NCBI GenBank assembly: GCA_964016885.1
Contig: OZ024744.1
Coordinates: 77,190,001 to 77,254,000, forward strand
Reading direction: 5' to 3'
Origin: Eledone cirrhosa
Taxonomy: Eukaryota
DNA length: 64,000 bases
Of this stretch, positions 29,090 to 40,800 are shown one piece after another (the stretch's first letter is position 1; every line of letters begins with the position of its first letter). The position numbers and the translations under genes were made by a program. The notes under the pieces were generated by a model. That model saw only the letters and a program-made list of their open reading frames with translations. It was not told the DNA's origin and ran no database searches.

Positions 29090-31945
29090 CGATAGCAACT
29101 AACAGCGCTGCGATCGAATGTGGCTTTTTAGCCCAGCCAATGATCTAAAATGTCTTGCACAGAGTCGGCAACCAAAACATTCACTGGGAATAGCCGGCTG
29201 TGGTTGGAGTTCATGTACTCTTGCATGTCGCTTGAGCCCTCCTGCTGATTTACATTCTCTACCACATGTTTGGCAAGCATGATGAGTAGCATCTCCAACA
29301 GTAGCCTGGTAGTCAACCACTGGTTTTACTTTATGACTGCGAAGATGACTTTCGAGTCCAGCTTTGCTTAGGCAGAGTCTCGCACATACGCTGCATGTCA
29401 GCACCATAGGAGGACCCTCGCCGTCTGGAAGTGCAACAGCAATGCCCTTCCTCACATCCCGCTTTACTTTCTCGTATGCGATTCGAGATGCCTCAAAGGC
29501 AACTTTTCCCTCATATACAGTCTTTCTCCATTTATTACGATCAGCAGCAATATTTTCCCATGTATCAGTAGAGATGTTAGCGTCTTTCAAAGAGGCTTTC
29601 AAGGAATCCTTATACCTCTTTTTTGGTTTATGTGGCGGTCGTTTTCCTTTAACCAACTCTCCATAGAAGAGTTGTTTTGGTATTCTAGAATCCTTCATCC
29701 TGGCAAGGTGACCACTCCAACGGAGCCGTTGCTAAAGCACAAGAGCTTCTATACTGTCACACATAGAGCTTTCCAAAATCTCGACATCACTGATGTGGTC
29801 CCTCCAGTGAACGCCATGGATCCGTCTGAGACACATCTGATGGAAACGCGCCAATTGCCTAAGGTGGTGCCGATATGTGACCCAGGTCTCACAGGCATAA
29901 AGAAGACAAGAGAGCACACATGCCTTGTACACCTTTACCTTTGTCATCTGCATACAAGAGGTCTCTTATGATTGATGTAAATACTTTTGTCTCTGCAGCA
30001 AAGCGCCTGATGTTAAATATGCTGCCTGAGGTTCGATATCGGATGTAAACACCATGCTCGCAATTCCTGAATGCAATACAGAAAACCATTGCAAAGAATA
30101 TGGCAAACAGGGTCGGTGCTGGAATATCCCCCTGTTTCACTCCATTTTTTACTGAGATAGGCTCCGACATGTTACCTCCGACATTAACCCAAGCCTTCAT
30201 GTCATCATGGAAAGACCTAACTAAAGCAAGGAACTTATCAGGGCAACCAAGTTTCTGGAGAACCTTCCATAATGCATCTCTGTTAACAGTATCGAAAGCT
30301 TTTGTCAGATCGACAAAAACCTGATACAGATCCAAACATTGTTCCATGCACTGTTCCTGGAGCTGTCTAGCTGAGAAAATCATATCAGTAGTGCCGCGTC
30401 CAGCACAAAAACCAGATTGACTTTCAGGAAGAACACAATCTGCAATGTGTGTCAGCAGACGGTCCAGAAGCACCCTACATAAAACTTTCCATACGACAGA
30501 AAGCAATGATATACCTCTGTAGTTCCCACAATCATTCCTGTTACCCTTTCCCTTGTACAAGACCACCATTACTGCATGTCTCCAGTCCTCAGGTACGGAT
30601 TCATTAGCCCATATCCTGCCAAACAAAGAGTGAAGATGTTGCAGGAGTCTCTCACCACTATATTGTAGGAGCTCAGCATGTATGCCATCCATACCTGGAG
30701 ACCTTCCACTGTTCAGCTTCGAGATAGCCACTGCAACCTCCACAAGCGTCGGAGGTTCTGCGAGAGCTACTTTCACAGGACTTTCTAGAATGAGATTGAG
30801 TAAATCTTCACTGACGACAGACGGCTGATTTAAAAGATCATCAAAGTGCTCTCGCCACCTTCGTAGAATTCCTTGTGAGTCACGAAGAAGTTCTTTGCCA
30901 TCCCTGCTGCGAAGCGGTGTCACCAGAGAAGTAGACGGTCCATAAACCTCACGCAAGAGACTGTACAACATCTTTGTGTTATTGGAATCTGACGCAGTTT
31001 GTATCTCACCAGCCTTCTCACTCCACCACTGATCCTTCATCTGCGAAAGACTCCGCCTAACACGTGATTTTAGATCCTTGAGTTCCTCATGCAACGTATT
31101 CCTCTCCTGTGGTTTTGCCGTCAAGTAGCGTGACAGAGCACGCCTCTTATCAGCCAACAAGTCTTCTATATGTACATCATTCTCATTAAACCAGTCCTGA
31201 TGTTTTCTCTGCACCAGTCCCAGAACACGCCTGCCTACATCATAAACCGACTGTTTAAGGGTCGGCCAATCCTCACCAAGATCTGCAGCCTGCATCTCTT
31301 CTTCCAATGTCCTCTTCACATTTTTATCCTTAAGACGAGCAGCATTCAATATTTTGGGCAGGGCAACACCAGGAGCCTGGATTTTACGTTTAGTGATTAG
31401 TTTCACTTTTGCGCGTACCAGGCGGTGGTCCGTCCAGCACTCAGCTCCACTAAGAGCACGAACACACTGCACATCCTGTCTGTCACGCATCCTGAGTAGG
31501 ACGTAGTCCAAAAGATGCCATTCCTTAGATGCAGGATGCATCCATGTGGTTTTGAATTTGTTCTTTTGTTGGAACATGGTGTTGGTAACACACAGATCCA
31601 GCTCCTCACACATCTGCAGCAGGAGCATACCATTGTTGTTACACTTTCCCACCCCATGCCTTCCGATTCCATTCCATGTGTTAAAATCCCTACCCACTCT
31701 AGCATTAAAGTCACCAAGCACGATTACTTTATCTGCCTGAGGGATATTTCTTAAAACACCTTTCAAGACATGGTAAAAGGACACTTTTTTTCATCGACAG
31801 AATTCATAGTTGGAGCATACACACTCACCAGGGTCGCATATCTTACTTTGTCCAGCGGAATTCTCATAGACATAAGACGCTCACTAATCCCTACTGGGAA
31901 TTCTTCTAATTTATTCACAAGCACAGTCTTAACAGCAAATCCTAC
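29090..31945 (-). mobile_element. RTE-clade LINE (APE + RT + three C2H2 fingers), 5'-truncated with an internal deletion
   Basis: LGDFNARVG, TWMHP..LDYVL, WTDHRLV, SPGMDGI, NYRGISLLS, FVDLTKAFD, GVKQGD, LLYADD, LLYACETW, RIPKQLFYGEL in ORFs 29889-31784, 29732-29953 and 29099-29698. Confidence 0.95.
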
Positions 31946-32368
31946 CCAGCCTCTCTTCTGGTTCCTTCATCTCTTCCTTTCCAGAAGAATGTATATTCTC
32001 CACAAAATTCTATATATAGACATATACATATACACACACACATAATGTATATGGGTATGCATGCATGTGTGTGATGGCATATGTGCAGTTGTATGTCTGT
32101 TTTGTTAATGTGTGTGCATGTGTATATTATATTCTATATGCAGCATCCAGCTGCAGTTCTTTATCAGAATGAGCAATATTACTATGATGTTAATACGAGA
32201 TGTGTATATGATGACATATACTTCTATTATGAATCACGCTGTGTTAGTGTTACTAATAATAATTATACTGTGATGTTTCTCTCGTTGAAACATGGTATTT
32301 TATCAGACACAAAATCTTATCTTCAGTGATTAATTTCAGGATCGTGACTCACGCTATTATTATTATTA

Positions 32369-33680
32369 GTTCGCGCGGAGGTCGCGACTGCGTACATGGC
32401 GTCCGTCATCTACTACCGCCTGATCGTCGTGCATTGTCCCCGTCCGCGCCTCGACAAGTTGGAACGGCTCCTCTTCAAATTCTTATGGAGAGGACAAGTC
32501 CCTTTTGTGAGGCGATCCATCTGCTGCCAGCTCTCTCTACGCGGAGGGCTGGGCATGCTGTGGCTAATGATACGCAAACATACGCTGAGGCTGCGACATA
32601 TCCAGATATTCTGCCTAAATGGTGAACAGGTGTGGTCGCCGTTTATCAGACGGGCCTTTCCGCAGCTCGTTTCTTTCACTGAGCTGCAGTCCTGAGTCAC
32701 TGGTACCTGGAATGTTTCCAGGCACTCAGTGCCATCTACCAAGCGGGCAATGCAATCAGTGGAACTTCCACTCTCGAGTTCTATAGAGGATTAGTGGTTG
32801 GCAACTGCGAAGACGCACTCGGAGAGGCTTTGAGCTTCGACTAAGTCGAACTGACCAGTCTTTTCCGGAGGACTTTCGAGCCGGGGACGATGGATAACTT
32901 ACAGAAATCCCTCGCTTGGCAGAGCTACCGGGGGGCACTGCCGGTTCGAGATAAACTCTACAGGCACGGAAGTGCTGTCAGACGGACCTGCCCGAGATGC
33001 GCACAGAGCGACGAAACCGTTCTGCACGCACTTGTCCAATGTCCGTGCATTACTGACTTGTGGAGTTATGTCGAGCAGCTACTATCGCGTGTAGAACGGA
33101 TCCGGCTATCGGCCGAGTCCATAGTGAAGATCGACCCGCCGCCTTCCTTTGGCCAGCAAGAGCAGGCAATTTTCCTCTGTCTGGTGGCAGTTGCGAAAGC
33201 GGTTGTATGGTGGACCAGATTAAAAGGACTGAAGACAGACACTTCGGCCAATCCCTCATCAACTTCTTCAAGTTTCACCTGGAATGAAAGGTGGGGTTGG
33301 AGAGAGAAGTGCTGCCCCCCAGGACATTTGCTAAAAGGTGTATGAATGTGGCGAGAATGGTCCCTGTGAGTGGGCCTACTCTGACCATGCGCTTATAGGC
33401 TGGCTAATTTGATGAGAAGAAGGGTGCTCTCCTCGAGTGCCCTACAAGTGCAGGGTGGTTCAGGATTGGTGGGCTACCTGAGTCCCCCTGCCCCCCCCCC
33501 CCCATATTGGGGAATATATTTTGTTATATTTATGTATAGTTTATTTTATATATTTTTTTATCTCTTCGTTGTTAAATTAGTCTTGCCATTGTACACCTTT
33601 ACTCTAGCCTATTGTAAACCGCCACTGTCCCTGTCTTTGTATTGTCCCCTACATGTCGGCCCGTGTGGCTAATAAATGAA

Positions 33681-33750
<70 letters not shown>
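32369..33750 (+). mobile_element. Tx1/L1-clade LINE 3' fragment with (ATT)n tail
   Basis: GGLGM, CPRC..ETVLHALVQC knuckle, AATAAA then (ATT)n; closely related to 44400-45668. Confidence 0.9.
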
Positions 33751-33751
<1 letters not shown>

Positions 33752-34562
33752 AGTTGCATTTATCTTGCTTTATGTTCATACAAGTTATCACCAAGTCACA
33801 ACCAGTGACCTCAAGAGACAACAAGGTCCGCCATGTTCAAGAAATAACATACATACACACACATGCATCTTTAGGTGTTTAGACTTGTGATGTTCTTATA
33901 TTGACAGAATCTTCCTTAGTATATGGGCAGTTCTCATTAGTACTATCTTTTGTATTTCTCCTATACGCGGGTTTCCTGGGATTTGCGATAAGTAATCATT
34001 AGACCCCTTAAGTATCATTCCTAGAGCGCCTACAACCACTGGTATTGTTTTAGTTCTCAATTTCCACATTTTTCCAATTTCTATCTCCAGGTCCTTATAC
34101 TTGCTCAATTTTTCAAATGTTTTTATAGATACATTCTTGTCTATTGGAACGGACATATCAATTAGCAGGCATACCCTCTTTTTGAAGTCCTTCAATATTA
34201 TATCAGGTCTATTTGCATCTATTTTTCGGTCTGTTTGGATGCTAAAGTTCCACAAGATTGAAATGTGATCTTTTTCAAGTACGGGAGGTGGTTGATGCTC
34301 CCACCAATTCTTTTGATGAGGCAGGTCAAAATGCTTACACATTATCCAATGTATGTATTGTGCAGCTCTGTCGTGCCTGTTTAGGTATTCGGTTGGAGCT
34401 ATAGGACTGCACATTGAAATTATATGATCAATGGTCTCTGGGTGTTTTTTACATACACGGCATAATGGGTTGCATCCATGTTTTATGATGTTGGCTTGGT
34501 AATTTTTTGTTGGCAGACACTGATCTTGTGCTGATATAATCAGTCCTTCAGTCTCCGATTTC
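33751..34562 (-). mobile_element. R4/Dong-like (restriction-like endonuclease) non-LTR 3' fragment
   Basis: CRVC..ETIDHIISMC, YLNRHD, NRPDII..IDMSVP, KLSKYKDL, PVVVGALG. The tail is the (TAA)n at 33679-33750. Confidence 0.9.
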
Positions 34563-34699
34563 AGTTATCAAAATACTATATTTTTTTCTTTCAGATTAAA
34601 GTTGAATAAAAAACAAGATCCAATTATTGAAATTTAATTTAAAGATTAAAAAAAGTTTAAAGATTAAAACAAATTTTGAGTTAATTTGAAGTTTTAATA

Positions 34700-35054
34700 A
34701 TTGTTTCTACTTTTGGCACAAGGCCAGCAAATACCCAGTGTATTACTGGTACTTTATTTTATCGTAACTCAATGCGTCAAAGCATGGCGTCCGACGCTCT
34801 ACCGATACTGCCAATCCACCGATAAAAATAGGTTAGGGTGGTGGATTGCCAGTATCGGTAGAGCGTCGAACAACATGCTTTGCGGTATAGAGTTATGTCC
34901 CTTTACATTCTGAGTTCAAATCCCGCCGAGGTGAGCTTTGCCTTTCATCCTTACGGGGTCGATAAAATAAAGTACCAGTAAAACACTGGGTCGATTTAAT
35001 CGACTTTTCCCGCGCCATAAAATTGTTGGCCTTGTGCCTAAAGTAGAAACAATT
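34700..35054. mobile_element. Head-to-head pair of SINE family A copies
   Basis: 34700-34820 (-, internally deleted) and 34837-35054 (+). Confidence 0.85.
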
Positions 35055-35071
35055 AATAAAGATAAGTAAAA

Positions 35072-35292
35072 TGTGACTTTTGGCACACCCTATATATACT
35101 ACAACATTTTGTATTTCATTCCTGTGCATCGCAACATTAAGTTACTGAATATTCAGTATCTCTTCAGAGAAGTTGCGGCTTGTGAGTGTTGTGTGTTGTT
35201 GTAACAAGAAGTGAAATAAAGCACGACGTTGCTTCAGTTCCCTTAGCTCGTCCTTGGTTCTTTGCACTGCTGATTTCCTCCGTAAGGTCACA
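35072..35292 (+). mobile_element. Candidate solo LTR
   Basis: TGTGAC..GTCACA inverted termini, TATA-like at 35091 and AATAAA at 35215; TSD only partial. Confidence 0.4.
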
Positions 35293-35735
35293 TAAGGAGG
35301 GAGCGCAATGATGTGGGGTGCTCAATGCAGCGGATATCTTTGGCTATTCTCCGCAGTAAAGAAGCCGATAAATATACAGTTGTGTCTAAAATGTTATACA
35401 GCTGTGCGGCGAAACGAAGAACAAAAATTACGTAAAAGCTAAAATCGAAGCTAAAAATAGCGCTTCAGTATACCATTTTGTACGGGGGGGGGGGGGGGGC
35501 TGTCGCTCATCCTCTCCCTTTCTTTCATTGCTTGATCCTTTTTTTTCTTTTTTTTTTTCTTTCTATGATGCGATATTGCAAATTTCTTCGTTTTCAATCA
35601 CTCTTCTACATATATTTCGGTTATCCACAAAATAAGAGATAATTAACAGAATGTCACCAGAAAATAAGTTGTGCCAATAATTCAATGTGCTAACTTTCTC
35701 ACTCATAGTGTCACACTAAGTCTCCCTGAGAACTA

Positions 35736-35924
35736 CCGTATTTCCCGGCGTCAAAGACGCTACTTTTTTCCTAAAATAAGTCTAAAAAATCTACCACGCG
35801 TCCCGGAGGCCGAAGGCTGTATTTTTTATTATAATTATTATTTTTTTTTTTTTTTCGAATTTTTGTTTGTCAAAATTAGGGTGCCTTCTCAAGGACGAAG
35901 CGTCTTCGGCGCCGGGAAATACGG
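35736..35924. mobile_element. Tc2/pogo-type MITE
   Basis: TIR CCGTATTTCCCGGCG / CGCCGGGAAATACGG with TA TSD on both sides. Confidence 0.88.
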
Positions 35925-35986
35925 TACATTAAGGGTTCACGTGATTGTGAAATACTCAGCCACTTTCACATTAATTTCAAGAGCAG

Positions 35987-36205
35987 GCGGTGGATTGGCA
36001 GCATCGGTAGAGCGTCGGATACCATGCTTTGCAGCATAGAATCACAGCCCTTTACATTTTGATTTCATATCCTGTCATGGTTAGTTTTGTCTTTCATCCT
36101 TACAGGGGTCTATAAAATAAAGTACCAGTAACGTACTGGGGTCGATTTAATCGACTTTCCCCTCCCCGAAAATGACTGACCTTGTGCCTATATAAGAAAC
36201 CATTA
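35987..36205 (+). mobile_element. SINE family A
   Basis: Full-length match to the family. Confidence 0.85.
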
Positions 36206-37236
36206 ATTTCAAGAACAGGCAATTCCGTTGATTTAACTAACTGGAACACTCGTCGTTGGAAACGACGGCAGTCCAAAAGAAAAACAACAAAAAAACAAAA
36301 AGCAATATGAAGTATTATAAACGTAGTTTAATCCACAGACAATATACGTTTACTAACACCAGAAACTAAGTTTTTCAAAATGGTATGTTGAGGATTAGAG
36401 TCTTTATATATATAAAACAGTTCATTCATTCGATTAGAGGTAATCTCTAAAACTATTTGTACCAGGCTTCAAAGTGCTATGTATAAAGAATTAACTGTTA
36501 TGGTTGCTTTCTGTTGTGATGCGTAATTCTGTTTTGATGAATAGCTTTATTAAATCTTTTCTAAATCTAACAAGTTCATGTCCGTTCATGCTTCTTGCTA
36601 TCAATAATCCGTCATCCCTGTAAATTCCTTCTCTTACTGCAGGAAGTCATTTTTGAAAGAGGTTTATGATAGAAAAACCTTAAGATCTCTCACATTTGAG
36701 CAACATAAAGACATCCAATAATTCGTCGCCATTTTTTATTTTGTTTTTACTTTTTATTTTACAAAAGAGAGAGAAAAAAAAGAAATTTTGTCGTATGCAT
36801 GATTATAGTAATAATTGCTAATTGGTGTAATGATGCTTGCGAATTCCAAAGCTTAGAATTCGATAGAGTAAAAGTCAACGTTGTCACACTGGGTAAATAT
36901 TTGCAATTCACTATTTTAATACATCGATAATTCCAGACGATAACGGAAGAGATATAATATTTCTTAATTTAATAATAATAATTACTGCTTTTATTTGCTC
37001 CGCTAAATTATTTCTACTTCAGGTTTGACTAAATAAATTAACCTATATATGGGGTCACCAACGAAGTAACGAAGTTTAATTTGTGGTCTTTAAGAAGTGA
37101 TATGTGTGGCGGTAAATGAGAAAGACTATGTATTTCAATCCTATTCTTTTTACATTGAGATTAATAAAAACTTCTTTCGTTTCTTGATTAATTAGCCTTT
37201 TCTCCACATTATTTGTATAAGATAATATAATTATGT

Positions 37237-37517
37237 GAAGACGTGTGGCCTAGTAGTAAGGGTGTTGGACTTACGATCATAATGTGTTGGGTTCGATTCC
37301 TGGGCTGGGATGCGCGTTGCGTTCTTGAGCAAAACACTTCTTTTCACATTTTACCTGTATACTTAGATGAAAATGAATACCAGCAGCAATAGCCGGTGGT
37401 TTAATCCTATGATTGACTGGTGTCCTGTTCAGGGGGTGAGTATTGAACTCTCAGTCGCTTAACGCCTCGAAACCAGGATAAGTACAGGCCTAACGAGCCT
37501 TCTGGTTTAAGACAGAC
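37237..37517 (+). mobile_element. Full-length SINE family B
   Basis: A-box TGGCCTAGTAG, B-box GGTTCGATTCC, CTTGAGCAAAACACTT core; related copy at 55944-56175. Confidence 0.8.
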
Positions 37518-37624
37518 TTTGGACTTTTGGGGGGAATATAATTATATTATTCAAACATTGAACATATATAAACACCTAAAAACAGTACCCACTACACAAA
37601 GTAGAGCTACATTGAATATTCAAG

Positions 37625-37825
37625 TGTCTTTTGTGGTTACGAAAACGGAAAAGGGAGGGATAGGCAAAGGCTCTAGTGTCACAGAAGAATGGGGAGGAGG
37701 ATTAGGATTGGCTCTGGGCCTAGGGCGCAGTGGTATCGAGGCTGCGGTTAAGACCGCAAAAGCATTTCTGCGGACAATGGCCAGCCACCCCTTCTCGCTG
37801 AGCACCTTCGTTACTTGAATCTATA
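37625..37825 (-). mobile_element. Possible degraded 3' end of a CRE/NeSL-like non-LTR element
   Basis: WLAIVRRNAFAVLTAA resembles the C-terminal S.A(I/V)QRGNA..VL motif; weak support. Confidence 0.3.
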
Positions 37826-37869
37826 CTGAAAAGTCTTTCTTTTTTTATTCATTTATTACCATTATTATT

Positions 37870-40800
37870 GTTAGTAGTATTGGTCTGCTCGGGCTTCTTT
37901 TTGCTCGCTCCCAGTAAGTCGCTTTGTGTACCTGTTATATTATTCGTTGTTAAATGTTTCTTGTGTTAGGGATTTAAGCCCTTGGACTTTGCCCTGTGAA
38001 GGGGAAAGTATAATATTTGGGCCTTTTGGCCCAAATATTTGAACAATATTTGAACATTTTACTTTTGAAAATTAAAAAGTAAAATGACAAAAAAAAACAT
38101 GGCTGAGCCACGCCCCCCAGCAATATGTCTGCTGTGGTGTGACAACGGCGTAAAAGTTGAGAGGAGGGTTAGTGAAACTCATACAACAAACACCACCACA
38201 AACAACGTGAACAAAGACAACAACACTGAGAACATTAATTTTGAAAAAATTACCACACCAACTACAACAATAACAGCGTCAACCAAAATACAGACAACAG
38301 AAAAAAATGACAACAAATGCAACGATATTAACACCACTAACAAGAAAATAAACAACGACAACACCAACAGCAACAATACAAATTGCACCGAAAACAACAA
38401 CAACGGTGGCACCAAAAACACAACCGACTACAACAGTGATAACAGCCACAACACCAACAACACCGTTTGTAGCAACAGCACCAACAACAAGACCAGTAGC
38501 AGCAGTATCGGCAACAATAATAGTGCTGCTGAAAAAGGGGCCACTTCTTTCGCAGGCGTGGCTCGAAATATAGAGACAGTGCTAGTCACGGAGGAGGAGA
38601 TGGCAGTCGCAAGAGCCATGGTGACTAGAAATTATAATCCATGAAACCTCCACCCGATTTCTTCAAAGACCAGCAGCTGCGCACGCTGACTTACCGCACC
38701 GTAAGCAAAATGTCACATCGGATGGAGAGAGCCACGGAGGCTAAAATCCAAAAGGCCTTGGGGTGCGTCTGGACGCGCAAAACCCACATTACCTGAGGCA
38801 AAAAGTACGCCACAATAGAAGTACTTTTCGCCACTCCCCAAGAGGCGAAGTCTCACACTTTGGAAACCCTAAAGTGTGAGGAGATAGTCTTGGTACCTTC
38901 CTACTGCGGGCAGAAAATTGTGAGGGTCAAAGTGACCCAGGTCCCGTTCGACGTGCCCATACCTTTGCTGGCCGCGTCTGTACTGGCTAGAATCGAGGAG
39001 AAGAACACCATATTGCAAATACAGAGAATGGGAAGAGGGAACTGGTCAGGAATAGGCATGCAAATGCTAATATAGAGTGATCAGGAGTGCATCGAGGCCA
39101 TCCTAGACATCATAGACCTCGAAGAAGGACTCCAACTCCCTATAAGCGTGGAAGGAAGGCGCCCAAAGTGCTATCTCTGTGGGCAGAAGGGCCACCTCAG
39201 GGCCTTCTGCCCGCAGAAGACAGCCAAGAAGAGGGCCCCCCTCCTTCCGACGCCGAATCCGCTGCTACCAAGAGCAGGGCAGGCGACAGAGGCAGAAGAC
39301 CCCTCCATGGTGAATAGGAGGGCAACGTCCGTGGCACCCATACCAAGGCCACGGACAACTAAAGCAGCGGCAGCAGTAGCGGCAACACCAGCAGTCGCAG
39401 TAGCTACACCAGGGGCAAAATCGCCGGAGCGGGCTCCACTACCACCACCAACAGCAGTGGAGCTCATACCCCTCCCAGAGGCTACGGAATCTGACATGGA
39501 GGATGAGGCGGGAGGGAAGTGGCAAACGGTCTGCCACAAAAAAAAACAAAAGAGGAAAAACCCCTTAGCTTCACCCTCCAAAAGCGAAGGCAAACAAAGA
39601 GGGGTAAAGGCTGCAAGGAGACTTACAGCAACACCACCACCATCAACACCACAAGCATCACCACCAGCAACAACCACACCACCACCAGCAACAACCACAC
39701 CACCACCAGCATCTCCCAAAACACCAACATCGCAAACACAACAAAACACATACACTCAACAAGAAAACAGCAACAAATCACCCCTCATCACAAAAAGTAC
39801 ACAGCTATAAACATGCCAAATAAAGAACTCTTACAACATATAAAGCAGCACACAGACATCACAGAAAAAAACTACTACACCCCACCAACACCAATAACTC
39901 TCCCGGCATACATAAACATCATTGAAATCAAAATAGAACAGTACAAACTTTTAAAACAAAAATTCCCCAACGCAGTTGGAGACTTCAGAGGGTCGGTTAC
40001 CAAGAGGATATACACCGACATCCTCTTGGAAACACCTATGACCAGCCAAAGGGATGGTCTACTGTCCCTTCACCACATGATCAAGGTAAGTGATCCTTTC
40101 TCACTTAACCCGTTTTTCATCCAACATGGCCGTACTTAGAATAGGCAGTATATAATGTACATGAGCCGGGGTCATCTTGGAAGCAGGGCCACCTGCTTAA
40201 CGACCTCAGGTCACTAAACATAGATGTGGCCATCAGCGAGACCAGAATCTCCGAAGCACGAGCCTTCGCACCGATCTTCGGCGGCTACGATGTATACGCA
40301 TCTCCCAGCCGTCCAGGATCGAGGGGAGGGGTTGCCGTGCTTTTTCGGAGAGGCTTGGATCTCGCCATACTGGCCATCTTCCTGGACCCAGAAGGTAAGT
40401 CGCTGGTGCTGGACGTGACCGGCAGCGAAGGCAATGCTAGTAGCTGTCTACGTCCCAACAGGGGCAGGACGGCCAGATTTCTTCAGACGTCTAGAGACCT
40501 TTCTTGGACAGTCCCGCTCTTTAGTGTTAGTGGGCGACTGGAACGGTATCTTAGATGTGCGCTAGGATTATGTGGGGCTAGTAGACAGGGCAAGAGGGTG
40601 TAAAAGCCTCAACAACCTGCTCAGACATCTGATAGGTATAGACTGGATTATCCGAATGTGCCAATGTGGACATGGGCAAACCGCATCGGGTCATCCAGAC
40701 CGTATTTAGATAGGGTATTCTGTAGGGAAACAGATAAGGTTAGTGTAAGTTGTCCACAATTTAAAGTAGTCAATTACACGGACCACAAATTTGCGATCTG

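Noticed and set aside
37700-37832. Host exon on the minus strand (TTTTCAG acceptor, CPQKCFC peptide)
   Set aside because: That frame stops soon after, no partner exons are visible, and another frame better resembles a non-LTR C-terminus.
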